Assembly (NCBI GenBank): GCA_964016885.1
Contig: OZ024743.1
Span: 265,236,001 to 265,300,000 of the forward strand
Origin: Eledone cirrhosa
Taxonomy: Eukaryota
Direction: 5' to 3'
DNA: 64,000 nucleotides
Position 1 is the first letter of the stretch. Every line of letters starts with the position of its first letter. Position numbers and translations under genes: made by a program. A model generated the notes under the pieces. It saw only the letters and a program-made list of their open reading frames with translations. It made no database searches and was not told where the DNA came from. This document shows, piece after piece, positions 44,560 through 62,869 of the stretch.

Positions 44560-44562
<3 letters not shown>
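44365..44562 (-). mobile_element. PLE pLTR-like relic (family E) with fold-back
   Basis: Central perfect hairpin GCTAGATCCGAAC-TGT-GTTCGGATCTAGC (44494-44522) inside an imperfect IR 44445-44562. An inverted terminal fragment lies at 44190-44228; (AT)n flanks. Confidence 0.7.
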
Positions 44563-44653
<91 letters not shown>

Positions 44654-44804
44654 TGAAAGCTTAGAAATTATCTAGGCAAAGGTATCCGCATAAGTGTGTT
44701 TGTACAATTAAATAGGCGTAATGACATGAGATTTTCTAAGAGTAAATGTGCTAGAAGATTAATTCTTACCATCCATATACACACACACACACGCATGCAC
44801 GCAT

Positions 44805-44943
<139 letters not shown>

Positions 44944-45581
44944 CATAGACGCATTGTCGACGAAAAATCATATGACAAGTCAAAGAACTTACATAAATGG
45001 TAAAATTCCGATTATTTCCAAATTGGATATCAATAAAAATTAAACTTACTTGAATATGGTAACATTCCAATATGTTAATATACATCAGTTTCATGAGTGC
45101 AGGAGAAATGGTAAATGGAAGGAACCATAAGATGAAACACTTCAATCATCCGTAGAAATTCATCTTACTATACGCATTATAGTCGACCAGTCACCATAGA
45201 TAAAAAAGAAAATATGAACGCAAATGGTTTGAAACGTACACATACTATGCGGATACAGGCAGGCCAACGGGAAAGCGTTTGGTATAAAATAAATCAGCGC
45301 AAGTAAATTTAATGTTAGAGCAGAAGTATATGATAAAATATTCCTTAATACGTAAAATTATTCATCAGATTGTCTGACAAAAATATAGATTAACTAAAGT
45401 GCTAAAGATAATGACTATTAGAACCTAATGTCAGCTCTATAAATATACAATTAAAAAAAAGTTTCATTAGGCGCAGTAATACAATAATTCAATGGTAAGA
45501 AATTGTCTAGCCAAAGGTATCCATATATGCGTGTTTGTTCAATTACATAGGCGCAATGTAAGAGTGGTTGTTAGAAGATCG

Positions 45582-45618
<37 letters not shown>

Positions 45619-45780
45619 GCCGCTCTCTGTTGTTTTTGCCAAGAATAAGTAAATGACATAGTCACTACTTTAAAACTCATAGCGAATGGTCTTCTAAATT
45701 TTTTTCATTAAACATACAGTATAATACCAAATATACTATACATACATTCTTGTATACATCGCTATTTCAGAGCACCAATG

Positions 45781-45914
<134 letters not shown>

Positions 45915-46189
45915 AATATAAATTAGCGAGAATCGTATTTCGGCTTTGGTATTAGCGAAAAGCAACTTCCGAGATGTGTGGCAAGCGCTCAACAATTCTG
46001 ACGAACCAGAGCTACAACATACGTTAAATGCCAAAGACACTGAGACGATGGTTAAACCGTCATCCGCATAGCCATAGAAACGACCCAGTAATTCGGGTCA
46101 AACAAATAAAAAAATATATAATTAAAAAAATATATGATTGAAAAAAATATATGATTGAAAAAAATATATATATGATATATATATAAATA

Positions 46190-46755
46190 CTAGCAGAACC
46201 CCCCCCCCCCCCCTAAGGGTTTTTTTCTGCTAGCATGTGTAGTGTGCATGTTGATATTATACGCACGTATATATAGTACATCAAATAAAATCGTAATTGA
46301 GAATATGCACAGAAATTGAAGAGAGGCTGTGTTACACTCTCTTCTGTCATCAGTACAGTAATCCATGATACATTTAAAAAATACGATATTATATATAAAC
46401 TGCATTACGGTGAAATGTAATGAAAACGAAAGAGGAGAAAATTAGCGATAGAAATATAAACGTTATGATATAACAATACAAATATATGAACATTTATATA
46501 AGCGATATAATATAGCGTACGTTATACCATAACCGGAAGTATTGACGTTTGAACATTTTAAAAGAAGTGAATCTTAAAATAAGCAATCATTATATATGAG
46601 AATATTTATGTCTAATCAACAGTTATGAAATTCAGTACATAAATTATGTAATATTCATTCATCATTTATTCAAAGTAATCCAACTTATTTTACTAACGGG
46701 ATGAAAAAATATATTCAGGACACAGACCGGCCCTCCTCCCTTTATTATATTATGA
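46190..46755 (-). mobile_element. Non-autonomous Helitron-like element
   Basis: Minus strand begins A|TCATAATATAATAAAGGG and ends with a G/C hairpin followed by TTCTGCTAG|T, consistent with A|T insertion and no TSD. Confidence 0.55.
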
Positions 46756-46785
46756 TATATATATATATATGTGTGTGTGTGTGTT

Positions 46786-46855
<70 letters not shown>

Positions 46856-47064
46856 AAAGAGAGAGAGTGAGTGTGTTTGTGTGCGTGTATCCCGGGTTCA
46901 TTCGTGGGGGAACCACAGAAATAAGGTACTCAATATATATCAGAGTATTTATGTATCAGCTGTGCTAGAGTGATATATCTAATATACGGTACTCTCTTTC
47001 AATATCCTTCTCTATATCAATTAACCGCAATCTCTCTCCCCCTGTATATCTACTACAACACAGA

Positions 47065-49281
<2,217 letters not shown>

Positions 49282-50012
49282 TAGCTGTAGGCTTTATACT
49301 GATATTGAGTACCTTGCGTACAATATAAACAATTCCCAATGCAACGATCGCTTATTTAACCACAATCAGGTTAATAGATCAGATCAGTATTTTCTATGCA
49401 GATGATAATGCTGAAATATCTATGAGGCGTTGAAGAGAAAGAGCAAATATATCCGTTTCCGCATGAAAACGTAATCCATTTCATACTGCAAAACTCAGAT
49501 GAGTGTACATCGTTGAAACTTGTCATAATGATAGGCAAATAAGCAGTAAGGATTGTTAACCAGAAAATGCTCACAGTAGAAGTCGACATTAGAAGCTATT
49601 AGTGATATCCCTTGTGTTGTACAATGTTTGCAGCAAATCTTGTAACGCTGGTGTTATCATAAACGTTATATGTATACATATGAAATTATTCCTCGTTCAT
49701 TAAAGAAACTTCTGTCATTGCAGTGAATTGATATACATTAGTCAATGTGTATCCTCGAATTCCAAAATTTCACACAACATGATTTAGAACATAATACTTA
49801 ACGCTATTTGAGTATGTATGCTTCTCTCTCTCTCTCACTCTCTCTCTTTCTCTCTCTCACTCTCTCTCTCTCTGTATATATATAATGAGTAGGAAAGAGG
49901 TTTAAAACATCATCATTATATTTATTCACATGTGCCGCGCGTTTCACGATAGATCAGCTCAAGTTATGATCGTATCGATCGCACCCAACTCTTTAATGTA
50001 TCTCGCTCTCTC

Positions 50013-50107
<95 letters not shown>

Positions 50108-53100
50108 GGTGGTCTGTACTCATAAGTCAGTGTCGTTAAACGAATAAACACATTACTCTATTGTATCGTATCCTCATCTAGCAGCCTGTAACACATTTTC
50201 GAATGTATGTTTTAGTTCGATACCACATGTTCAGAAACAACATTAACACAATACAAAAAGCATTTTAGATTGTCTTTAAGAAAGATATCATTAAAACGCA
50301 AACAAGATGTACATAAATATATGGTGAGCAAAGCAAAAAATATTAATCAACGAATTAGTAGAGTCGTTAGTGTATCGGGTAGAATGATATTCATTGTTTT
50401 CTTGGCTTCGAGTTCAAATCCCACCACAGTAGATGATGTTTGACTTTCACCCGTTCCTGTTGGATAAATAAAATAATAGTCAGGTAATGCGCTAGATTAC
50501 TCTCTCTGTCTCATTCTCTTCCACCTCGCTCTCTATCTCCCCACTCACCTATCTCTCAGAAATGTCTATAGCCAACAAGATAGAAAGGACGTTATGTAAG
50601 CAATGGGAAACCTACTTTCTATTCTGTCTGCCTAGGACATCTACAGTCTTTGTGCTGATCAGAAGATAGCTTAATGAACATGTTATGTTATTTTCATTTT
50701 CTAAACACATACTGGAGACATAGGTAGATATACGGTTTCGCTTTAAAAAAGTTCTCAGCGGCCACTGAAATACAGTCGTTACCGTAGTGTTGAATAAATT
50801 ACGAAGTATTTAAAACTGAGTGTGCATTTAGTGACGTAAGAAAATAAAATTGTTTACAAACCAAGCAATTATTTTCATTACCGTGATATCGTTATATGTA
50901 TCACATATCAAATAAATTAGCACTAACTTAAAATTCTCAGTTTAATTATAAAATCATCGGTATGTCTTTTACTAGCATATCTATATTGGTTTTAGACCTT
51001 CATGTTCATACTGGCAAATCGTTGCTTTTGTGCGGGGGACAGGGTCATGGCTGATTGTTTAACCCTGGCTATTGGTGCTTAAGCAAAATTTGAACTGAGA
51101 ACACAAACAGCAGAAACTGAAACCGTGGCACGCCTGTGCACCATGCTGCTGTGTTTATTTTTTGCCTACTGAAACTAAGAAAGGTAAATTGTACCTCGGA
51201 AGAGTTCAAATCATCGTTCAGTGAGCCGGAACGAATATAGAATCATATTCTATTTGACGCTCTAATTCGGATTCACTTACATTACATTTGTCCAATAATA
51301 TGTACGTAGGAACCCATAACTCCCGATGGAATCGTAGGCGCACACCAGTGTGCAGCATCTCTTGGGTAATTTTCTTTTTAAATTTAGCGGAGACCATCCT
51401 CGAAAGAAGGAACGGCATATTCGACCGTAGCCGAGTTTGAGAGCCGGAACGTATACTGTACAGTATCCTATTCGACGTTCTGACGACTCTGATAATTCAC
51501 CACCTATGTCAAATATTATGTGATAGACAAAAATTAAGATTTGCGCTGTAATGATGTTGGAAAATTGAAAATATTTCTCTGGACAATCAGTTTCGTTAAT
51601 TTATGAGTATTTTATAAGAGGTTTCTTACTTCTGGCAGACAAAATGGAGACTAACTTATATCTGAATAATCAGAAATAATTGCTGAAATACCTATTTTCT
51701 TCTTCTATCGCCTCGTTCCAAAGAATAGTAATCATTTACCTAACTGAACTGAGCAGGGTAGGAGCCATGATACAACACATTTCTATCGCTACAGATTCTA
51801 AAATACATAGTGCAGCTTGTACGTTGTCAGGTAAATTACTCAGTGAGCCGCTGCATAGGTGAATGATTAATAAGTTCATCTTGCAATCACTATGTCTCGA
51901 GTTCGATGCGACTTAGACAAGCGACATTTACAAGAGACTCGCGTCACGACATGAGTGAATTTGGATAGACCGAAACTGTTTGGAAGCGGGTCAAATGCAC
52001 TGTACCTGTAATTCAAAGGGCTAGTTTTGACAAATTCGTTCCCATGGCATCCTTCTAACGCTAAGGATGCACCTGTCTATGGAATGTACAGAAACTAGCA
52101 GGTTAATTTCAAGAGCAGGCTGATCCTTTGGTCGAATATCTGGAAAACGCATCATCGAATTAACCGGAACTATTTCAAATTACTCAGTTACAATTCTTCA
52201 GTTCTAGCGGCTCATTCTGTTTCTTTGTGACGAAATTTAAACATTTAAACATTTATGAAACCTCTATTAGATGTGCACCAAGGATTTTTTTTACTTATTG
52301 AACTCGTTACAACATGATATTTCGTTGTTGTTGTTATTGTCTTCATATAATAATTCCATAATTCCAATTGAAATTGCAAGCTTCTGGAAATAATTTAATT
52401 ATTCAATTATATTTATCTTAATCATTATGCGTAGGTTTAGTGTGTTTCACTTAGTGTATAACAGGAAATGTGTATATTTATGAGTGTTTGCGTCAGTAGG
52501 GGTATATCTTTATGTGTGTATTTGAGATTGTTTATGTATCTATATGTATTTATGTATGTGTACACTTGTAAGTGTTTATCTCTGTATATTTGCGTATGTG
52601 TATACTTATTTATCTGTATGTGTGTTTCTTTGTTTACCCAGATGTGTTTTCATGAATGTTTCTATACGTGTATATGTCTTTGTGCATTACTTTTGTATCA
52701 CTATGTATATGTCTGCGTGCTTATATAAGTGCATCTTTCTCTATAAGTATGTATGTGTGTGTATTGTGTATTGTGTATGTGTGTATGTGCGTATATCTGT
52801 GTGTTGCTCACATTTTCATCTATCATCTTTTAAATAAGATTTAGTTAATTAAGGAAAGAATACTCACTGCCTCCTACCCCAGAAACAAAATAAATAACCA
52901 AAAGATAATCACTATCAGCAGCTGTATGAATGATGTCATTTTTGTCATCACCATTATCGTTTTCATCTTTAATTGTCATATTTTATCTTCATCATCATCA
53001 TCATCGCCATCATTCTCTTTTACATCAACCAATATCTACTATATAAAAAATATACAATAGCATAATCAAACAACCTGGCACCCCCCACACCCACACGCAC

Positions 53101-53384
53101 ACACCCACACACATACACACACTAACACACACACACACTAATGAGTTACAAAACTCCGTAGAAACGGCAAGAGTACAGCCGTTGGGCAGTAACTCATTAC
53201 AATACCTTCCCGCTACCTTTTTATGTATCTATTAATAGGGTGAACAATGGTTTTACTGGTCTACACTGGTAAGTACCAATCGATTCTGCATAACCTCTCA
53301 GTGTTCTGTAATCTCTCTTCGTAATATACAGTCATCCGTCTTCTTTGTGCCAAATTAAGAAGAGGTTATTATTATGGTTATAAG

Positions 53385-53790
53385 TGTTGGCCTTGTGCCT
53401 AAAAATAAATCATTATTGTACCTGAGTTATAGCCCTTTACGTTCTGAGTTCAAATCCCGCCCAGGTTAACTTTGCCTTTCATCCTTACGGGGTCGATAAA
53501 ATAAAGTACCAGTAATACACTGTTTGAATTGCTTGCCTTGTGCCAAACGTAGAAACAATTATTGTAAAGCGATGAATTGGCAGTATCGGTAGAGGGTTGG
53601 ACATCCTGCTTCGTAGCATAGAGTTATGACCCTTTCCATTCTGAGTTCATCCCCCTCCGAGGTTTGCTTTACCTTTCATCCTAACAGGATCTATAAATAA
53701 AATACCATTAATGCACTGGGGTTGATTTAATCGACCCCACCCCACTTCAAATTGATGGTCTTGTGCGTATACTAGAACCAATTATTATAG
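53385..53790 (+). mobile_element. Tandem cluster of SINE family A (tail fragment, truncated copy and full variant copy)
   Basis: Core repeated at ~53470 and ~53670. Older degenerate copies of the family also occur near 3025, 9110, 12590, 18715, 20900(-), 24470, 50360, 51170-51500(-) and 54110. Confidence 0.8.
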
Positions 53791-55226
53791 TTATAATTTT
53801 GGCTCCATTTTCAAAAGTTTCATATGACTTTTTGCTTCATGACTAAGAGTACCTACATATGATTGAGGTGTGGGCAGTTCTGCTTTTGTAGATTTAGAAG
53901 TGTGTGTCTCATCTGTTTTGCTTTCTTCCGTGGTTTATTTTATTGAGTCGGATGTTATATCTGGACTTATTTCAATGTTTCATCGTAATTCTATGTAGAC
54001 TATGTACTAAGTTATTTATTTAGTCTGGTAGTCATTGTTGGGCGTGGTATGTCATGTGTAATTGTGTCAGCACCTGAGTGTGTGAAGAGTCTATTATATT
54101 TGAAGGGGGCGAATAGGTAGAGTCATTAGGGCATCGAATTAAAAATGCCTCGGTATTTGTTCTAACTTCAAATCCCACTGAGATCGACTTTCTTTTTAAT
54201 CTTTTCAAGGCCGATAAATAAATTTCTGCCTCCCCTCTGCCTACACGAAGAAGAAATCAGCCTTTGTGCGATGCACCAGATTTAGAATATCCAAATGACA
54301 TTATGTTTGAGTACTGCGCCTCACGCTCTATCTCATGTTAGGGATCTCCTTCTTTCCTGTACTATATGGGATGTTATATTAATGAATGGAATTATGTAGA
54401 ATAAGAGCGGTTTCAGTTGTTTTTGGTGGTGGTGTGTGTGGAATGTTTTATTTTATTCGCTAACGAGCATTATGTAAATATATAAGATATGTTATTTTAT
54501 TGGGACGTGATTGTAGTGTATGTGTTGTGTGGGTTTTGTTGGGGTGCAATTATGAAAGAAAACGTGTTTACTGCCTTATTGTGTACACATGTATAACATT
54601 GTAGCAGCTTCCAAACATGCTGAAATAAATGGGATATTTATATACGTATGTGCATATATATCTGCATTGCTGTAATAAAGTAAGGTTTTGATAGCTTTAG
54701 CTTAAGTTTTTATTGGAAAACCGCAAGTAAATTATAACGTTTCACATCGAATAGCCCACCATTTATAGTTAACCCCATCATTTGGATAGCAGTATCTTGA
54801 TATATCTCTTTTATTCACAACCTCAACTAAAGCTACTGCATGCGTTTAGGTACTTCTCATCAGTAGCAACTGCATCTGACTCGAGATCCTAGAATGGACA
54901 AAAGATCAAAACGTTACAATAATATCATCACATGCTTGCATATACTGCTGTGTACTGTTACGATTCCAGTTTTCTAACAAGTTATAATAAACATATATAT
55001 AGATGTAACTGTGTATGTATGTCTGCATATGCATGTGCACAAACCTGCAGATATTTTGAATGCATATACATACACACATACACAGACACATAGATACACA
55101 CAGCTATAATTCCTATATAAGTTTATTACAACTTGTTAGAAATCGGCAATAGTATATATATTCATAGATTACACACTCACATATACATATAAATATATGT
55201 GATGTATGTATGTATGTGTCTGCGTG

Positions 55227-55258
<32 letters not shown>

Positions 55259-55606
55259 CACACACGCACACGTAGCAATAAAGCAGTACTCTAATTCTTC
55301 AAACCCCGCATCTTTCAACTGGTAAATCAGCTCTCACGTGAATACTTAAGGAAATAACTTTCCATTAATGTCACCTTCTACAGAATCCTATTGTTTAAAA
55401 ATGGATTTCATTCTATCGTGTTTGTTGTCATTTGAAGGCAATGAAGAAGACATTTAATAGCATTAACGCATTAACGCATTAACGCGCGTTTACACACACA
55501 CTAAAACGTATATACACACCGTGCATATATATATTGTACACATACACACACACATACACGCACACATACACGCACACGCACACACACACGCACACACACA
55601 CACACA

Positions 55607-55701
<95 letters not shown>

Positions 55702-55862
55702 TTAAAGATACTATTTATGGTTATGTATATAATAAAACCTTTTATGGTTATATATTTTTTATATACAAACCCCAAATAGTGAAAGATAGTCATTCATTAC
55801 TATCTTTTTACCAGTAAGATAAATAGCTCAATGTAATAACATCAGTTGTTTTACAGAGCAGT

Positions 55863-58869
<3,007 letters not shown>

Positions 58870-59109
58870 TATATATATACATGTGAGTGTGTGTGTGTGT
58901 GTGTAGATATGTGTGTTTGTGTTTGTATTTGTGTATCCTCCAGAGAAAACGCTTAGATACTCAGTCAAACATCAGTAAAGGTCTTCATATTTGAGTTGAG
59001 CATCCATACATCGTACATACATGTATACACACACACACGCATATATATATATATATTTATATATTAATTCAAAATATTAATAAATGTAGACATTTAGGTA
59101 ATCAAAATA

Positions 59110-59175
59110 TATCTTATTATATATATATCGGCGGTACTGTGGTGTTTTTTCAGTACGTCCTCATCAGATAAGATA
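59110..59175 (-). ncRNA. Type I hammerhead motif with an A14U substitution (probably inactive)
   Basis: UAUCUUAU-CUGAUGA-GGACGUACUG(11 nt)CAGUACCGCC-GAU-AUAUAUAU-A-AUAAGAUA; perfect 8-bp stem I. Confidence 0.75.
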
Positions 59176-59319
59176 CATAAATTGATGTATGACATACCTC
59201 AACTGTGCTGATGGTTCAATTCCAGTCTTGGCAGAAAACCTAACTGTTCAGTGCTTCTAAACTATTGTAAAACTATATTCATTTATTAATCAATGAACAG
59301 TGTTTAACATTTGGTTATA

Positions 59320-59407
<88 letters not shown>

Positions 59408-59775
59408 TATATTATGGAGGATGTGGATCGATACAATACTAAAAGCTGAGTAACAATCGCAATCACTCCCACCTTGCTTCCTGCAGAACTTGTCAATGAT
59501 AACGCGATAAGTTCACGAGAATGCAATACCCGAAGAGAACATATTAAGGCAAAAAAAACAAAAAATCAAAGAATTCAAAGTACTATGTATCGACGAAAAC
59601 TTGAGGACGATGTATCTATTTAGCAATATCTGCGACGCGCCTTACGCCATTGGTCAGTTGAAGGTACGTTCGATTGCGACCGGCCCTGATTCTGGAAATG
59701 ATGCCTCATCACACATGTGAACTATAATATATAGATATATGTATATATATATATTTATAAATATATATATATATA

Positions 59776-60593
59776 TATATGAAAGACGTAAAATAAGAAA
59801 ATTTTAAAAATTAAAAATTAACTTACTTACTAAAATTTTCACTCCAACTAATTAGTTTCTGTAATGGGATAAAGATAGTTACGCAATGTAAACATCGAGA
59901 ATTCATTACGTCATCAGGAAGTCTATTCTCAGCTAAGTCTCCAGGCAATGCGCGGACACTAGGGACTCATATAAAAATAATAATTCGGTGGATGGAACAG
60001 CTGGCGGGGACTGAATTCCATAGCACCGAAAAAGTTCACTGTCTCTGGTCAAATGGCAGATTCTAAAGAATCAATCACGTGACACTGAGGCTAGTCGGAA
60101 GGAGTGGGGTGGTAAAATGACAAAAGCCTACTACCACTACAATGAGTTAGTAGTGGATTTGGCAGGTTTGCTCAACAAATAAGTAAAGTTATTTATTTGT
60201 TGAGCAAACCTGCCAAATCCACTACTAACTCATTGTAGTGATAGTAGGCTTTTGTCATTTTACCACCCCACTCCTTCCGACTAGCCTCAGTGTCACGTGA
60301 TTGATTCTTTAGAATCTGCCATTTGACCAGAGACTGAACTTTTTCGGTGCTATGGAATTCAGTACCCGCCAGCTGTTCCATCCACCGAATTATTATTTTT
60401 ATATGAGTCCCTAGTGTCGGCGCATTGCCTGGAGACTTAGCTGAGAATAGACTCCCTGATGACGTAATGAATTCTCGATGGTTACATTGCGTAACTATCT
60501 TTATCCCATTACAGAAACTAATTAGTTGGAGTGAACATTTTGGTAAGTTAATTTTTAATTTTTAAAATTTTCTTATTTTACGTCTTTCATATA
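59776..60593. repeat. ~820-bp near-perfect palindrome (arms 59776-60182 / 60193-60593), PLE pLTR-like
   Basis: Direct complementarity with about 7 substitutions and 2 small indels, and a 10-nt spacer. The right arm continues ~105 bp before reaching a microsatellite. Confidence 0.97.
60451..60532 (+). ncRNA. Type I hammerhead motif (mirror copy on the minus strand at ~59841-59922)
   Basis: ACUCC-CUGAUGA-C-GUAAUG...CAUUAC-A-GAA-ACUAAUUAGU-U-GGAGU. Palindromic stem III; predicted cleavage after 60527. Confidence 0.75.
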
Positions 60594-60698
60594 ATTGTTC
60601 TGCATCCTCCTGCATTGAACCACCTAGGTACTATGACAACTTATGTATTTGCTAGCATTAGTGTACATCTGTACGCATATGTTGGTAAATATACTAAT

Positions 60699-60738
<40 letters not shown>

Positions 60739-60848
60739 CCTATATACAATAATGATTAAGTGTGGTAATGCACCAGGTGGACCATAATGCCCCAGAGTAG
60801 GTTCTCAATACTTTGGGTAGTAGAGCGGGTAATAGGAAAATGTTCAAG

Positions 60849-60942
60849 GCCCCGACGGCAGAGCTCAAGCCGTTTCGACGGCTATTTCTGGACTAAATTA
60901 AATTTTTAGCGTGGTGTTAAATAGCAGAACTCTTCAAGGTGT
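60849..60942 (-). ncRNA. Degenerate type I hammerhead (C3U) in a family E relic (~60760-61230)
   Basis: ACACC-UUGAAGA-...GCUAUUU...AAAUAGC...-GAA-ACGGC(9 nt)GCCGU-C-GGGGC. The 17.6-kb copy supplies the matching 3' strand GGUGU. Confidence 0.55.
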
Positions 60943-61330
60943 AATTCCATATATGGGCGTGCGATAATCATGCATTTGTGAAGAATGTAGTTGTCAACAG
61001 GATTGGTCAAAATTTCTTGTAAACACAATTAAATCTTTCATGGCGGTGGGTGGCTGAACTTGCCTGTAGAACAATGAGGGAGTGGGTTAAGCGTTGAAAG
61101 TGAAATTTATACAGCAAATTCTAAGGAGTGTGGATGGGTTAGGCTAGCTAGAAAGCCGGCGAAAAAGTAATTCTAGAGGAATCTGACAGTGGGAAGTTAT
61201 AAAATTAAAGAATCATATGATTCCAGTTCCTCAGTGAAATAACAACCCAACCAAGAACTGGGCATATCAAGGTATGACAATATTATACACCTCAACAACA
61301 TATATACTTGTCTATACCACACTAATTCGG

Positions 61331-61385
61331 ACTGCCTGAAGAGGTCACAGCCAAAGATGGCTGTCACTGAAATATATATAGCAGT
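61331..61385 (+). ncRNA. Type I hammerhead ribozyme, canonical core
   Basis: ACUGC-CUGAAGA-GGUCACAGCCA(AAGA)UGGCUGUCACU-GAA-AUAUAUAU-A-GCAGU, directly followed by AAUAAA. Predicted cleavage after 61380. Confidence 0.85.
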
Positions 61386-61532
61386 AATAAACGAAGCTAA
61401 ATTTTAAACATTACTTTTTATTTAACTTTATTTTACATTACTCCGGAGTAACCAAACCCACCTGCGCACTTCGTCGAGTGCTCCAGTCTGCATACTGACG
61501 TGTTGGTATACAACCAACATATACTCAAAATC

Positions 61533-61578
<46 letters not shown>

Positions 61579-61630
61579 CACATATATATATATACATACA
61601 CATATATATATACATATATATATATATACG

Positions 61631-61670
<40 letters not shown>

Positions 61671-61681
61671 CATACACACAC

Positions 61682-61722
<41 letters not shown>

Positions 61723-62135
61723 CACATACATATATATATATATATTTTTTTTCATGCCAATAATAAGAATAATATCAAGCTAATACTAAAGTTTTAACGG
61801 GATCGATGACTTTAATCTATTTCATATTTATTTCCAGGCGGTGAAGATAATAAAAATCATAAAATTCCAATCACATATACGTGTATCGAACTTATCTAGA
61901 TCTCTTCAGTGTAATGTCAAATTTAAGATAATTTATGGAAACTAGATTAGACAGAAAGCATGTTTTTTTCAAATCAGATAATATATATACAGATATACAG
62001 TTTTCTAAACCAGAGCGACAGCGAGATAGTGATATAGATAGATCGATATAGATAAATATTTAGTGGTAGAGAGAGAGAGGTAGAGTATGACGGATACAGA
62101 ATTATTTCATCCACTTTTCTTTCACTCTCCCTACA

Positions 62136-62233
<98 letters not shown>

Positions 62234-62326
62234 TTTATATATATATATACATATATTTATATATATATATATATATGTATATATATTTATATATATATTT
62301 ATATATATATTTACAAATATATATAT

Positions 62327-62378
<52 letters not shown>

Positions 62379-62801
62379 GTAATTAATTCACCAGCTCTCT
62401 TTCTCTTCCCCCCTCTAAATATGTATGTGTCTGTTTGTTCGTGCGTGTGTCCGTGTTTGTGAGTGTGTGTATTGAGCGTAAATGTGCATGATTATATTTA
62501 TTTGATGTTATTCTTTCTAATAAGTGATGTGTGAATAAACAGAGGTGCAATAAAGTATTCACATGGTATCTTAAGAACATCATTTGACACTTAGCAGAGT
62601 GTTTCGCCTCTCTTTCATATTACGCACACGTCATGCTCTCTCTCTGTGTTCCCCTATTTTCTCTCCCCTCTTCTTCTTCTTCTTCTTCTTCTTCTTCTTC
62701 TTCTTCTTCTTCTCTCTCTCTCTCTCTCCATTTCTTTCTCTCTCTCTCTGTATGTATGCATATATTTATATATACACACGTATACTTGGATATATATATA
62801 T

Positions 62802-62869
<68 letters not shown>

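Noticed and set aside
45990-46095. Hammerhead candidates (CTGACGA at ~45998; CTGAGACGA...GAAAC)
   Set aside because: Core or stems could not be completed; at most a heavily decayed relic.
49383-49430. FYADD (RT-like motif) on the plus strand
   Set aside because: Short frame bounded by stops, with no flanking RT motifs at the expected spacing.
59200-59620. Further hammerhead-like strings (CTGATGG...GAAAAC; CCGAAGA...GAAAAC)
   Set aside because: Core mismatches and no stem I pairing.
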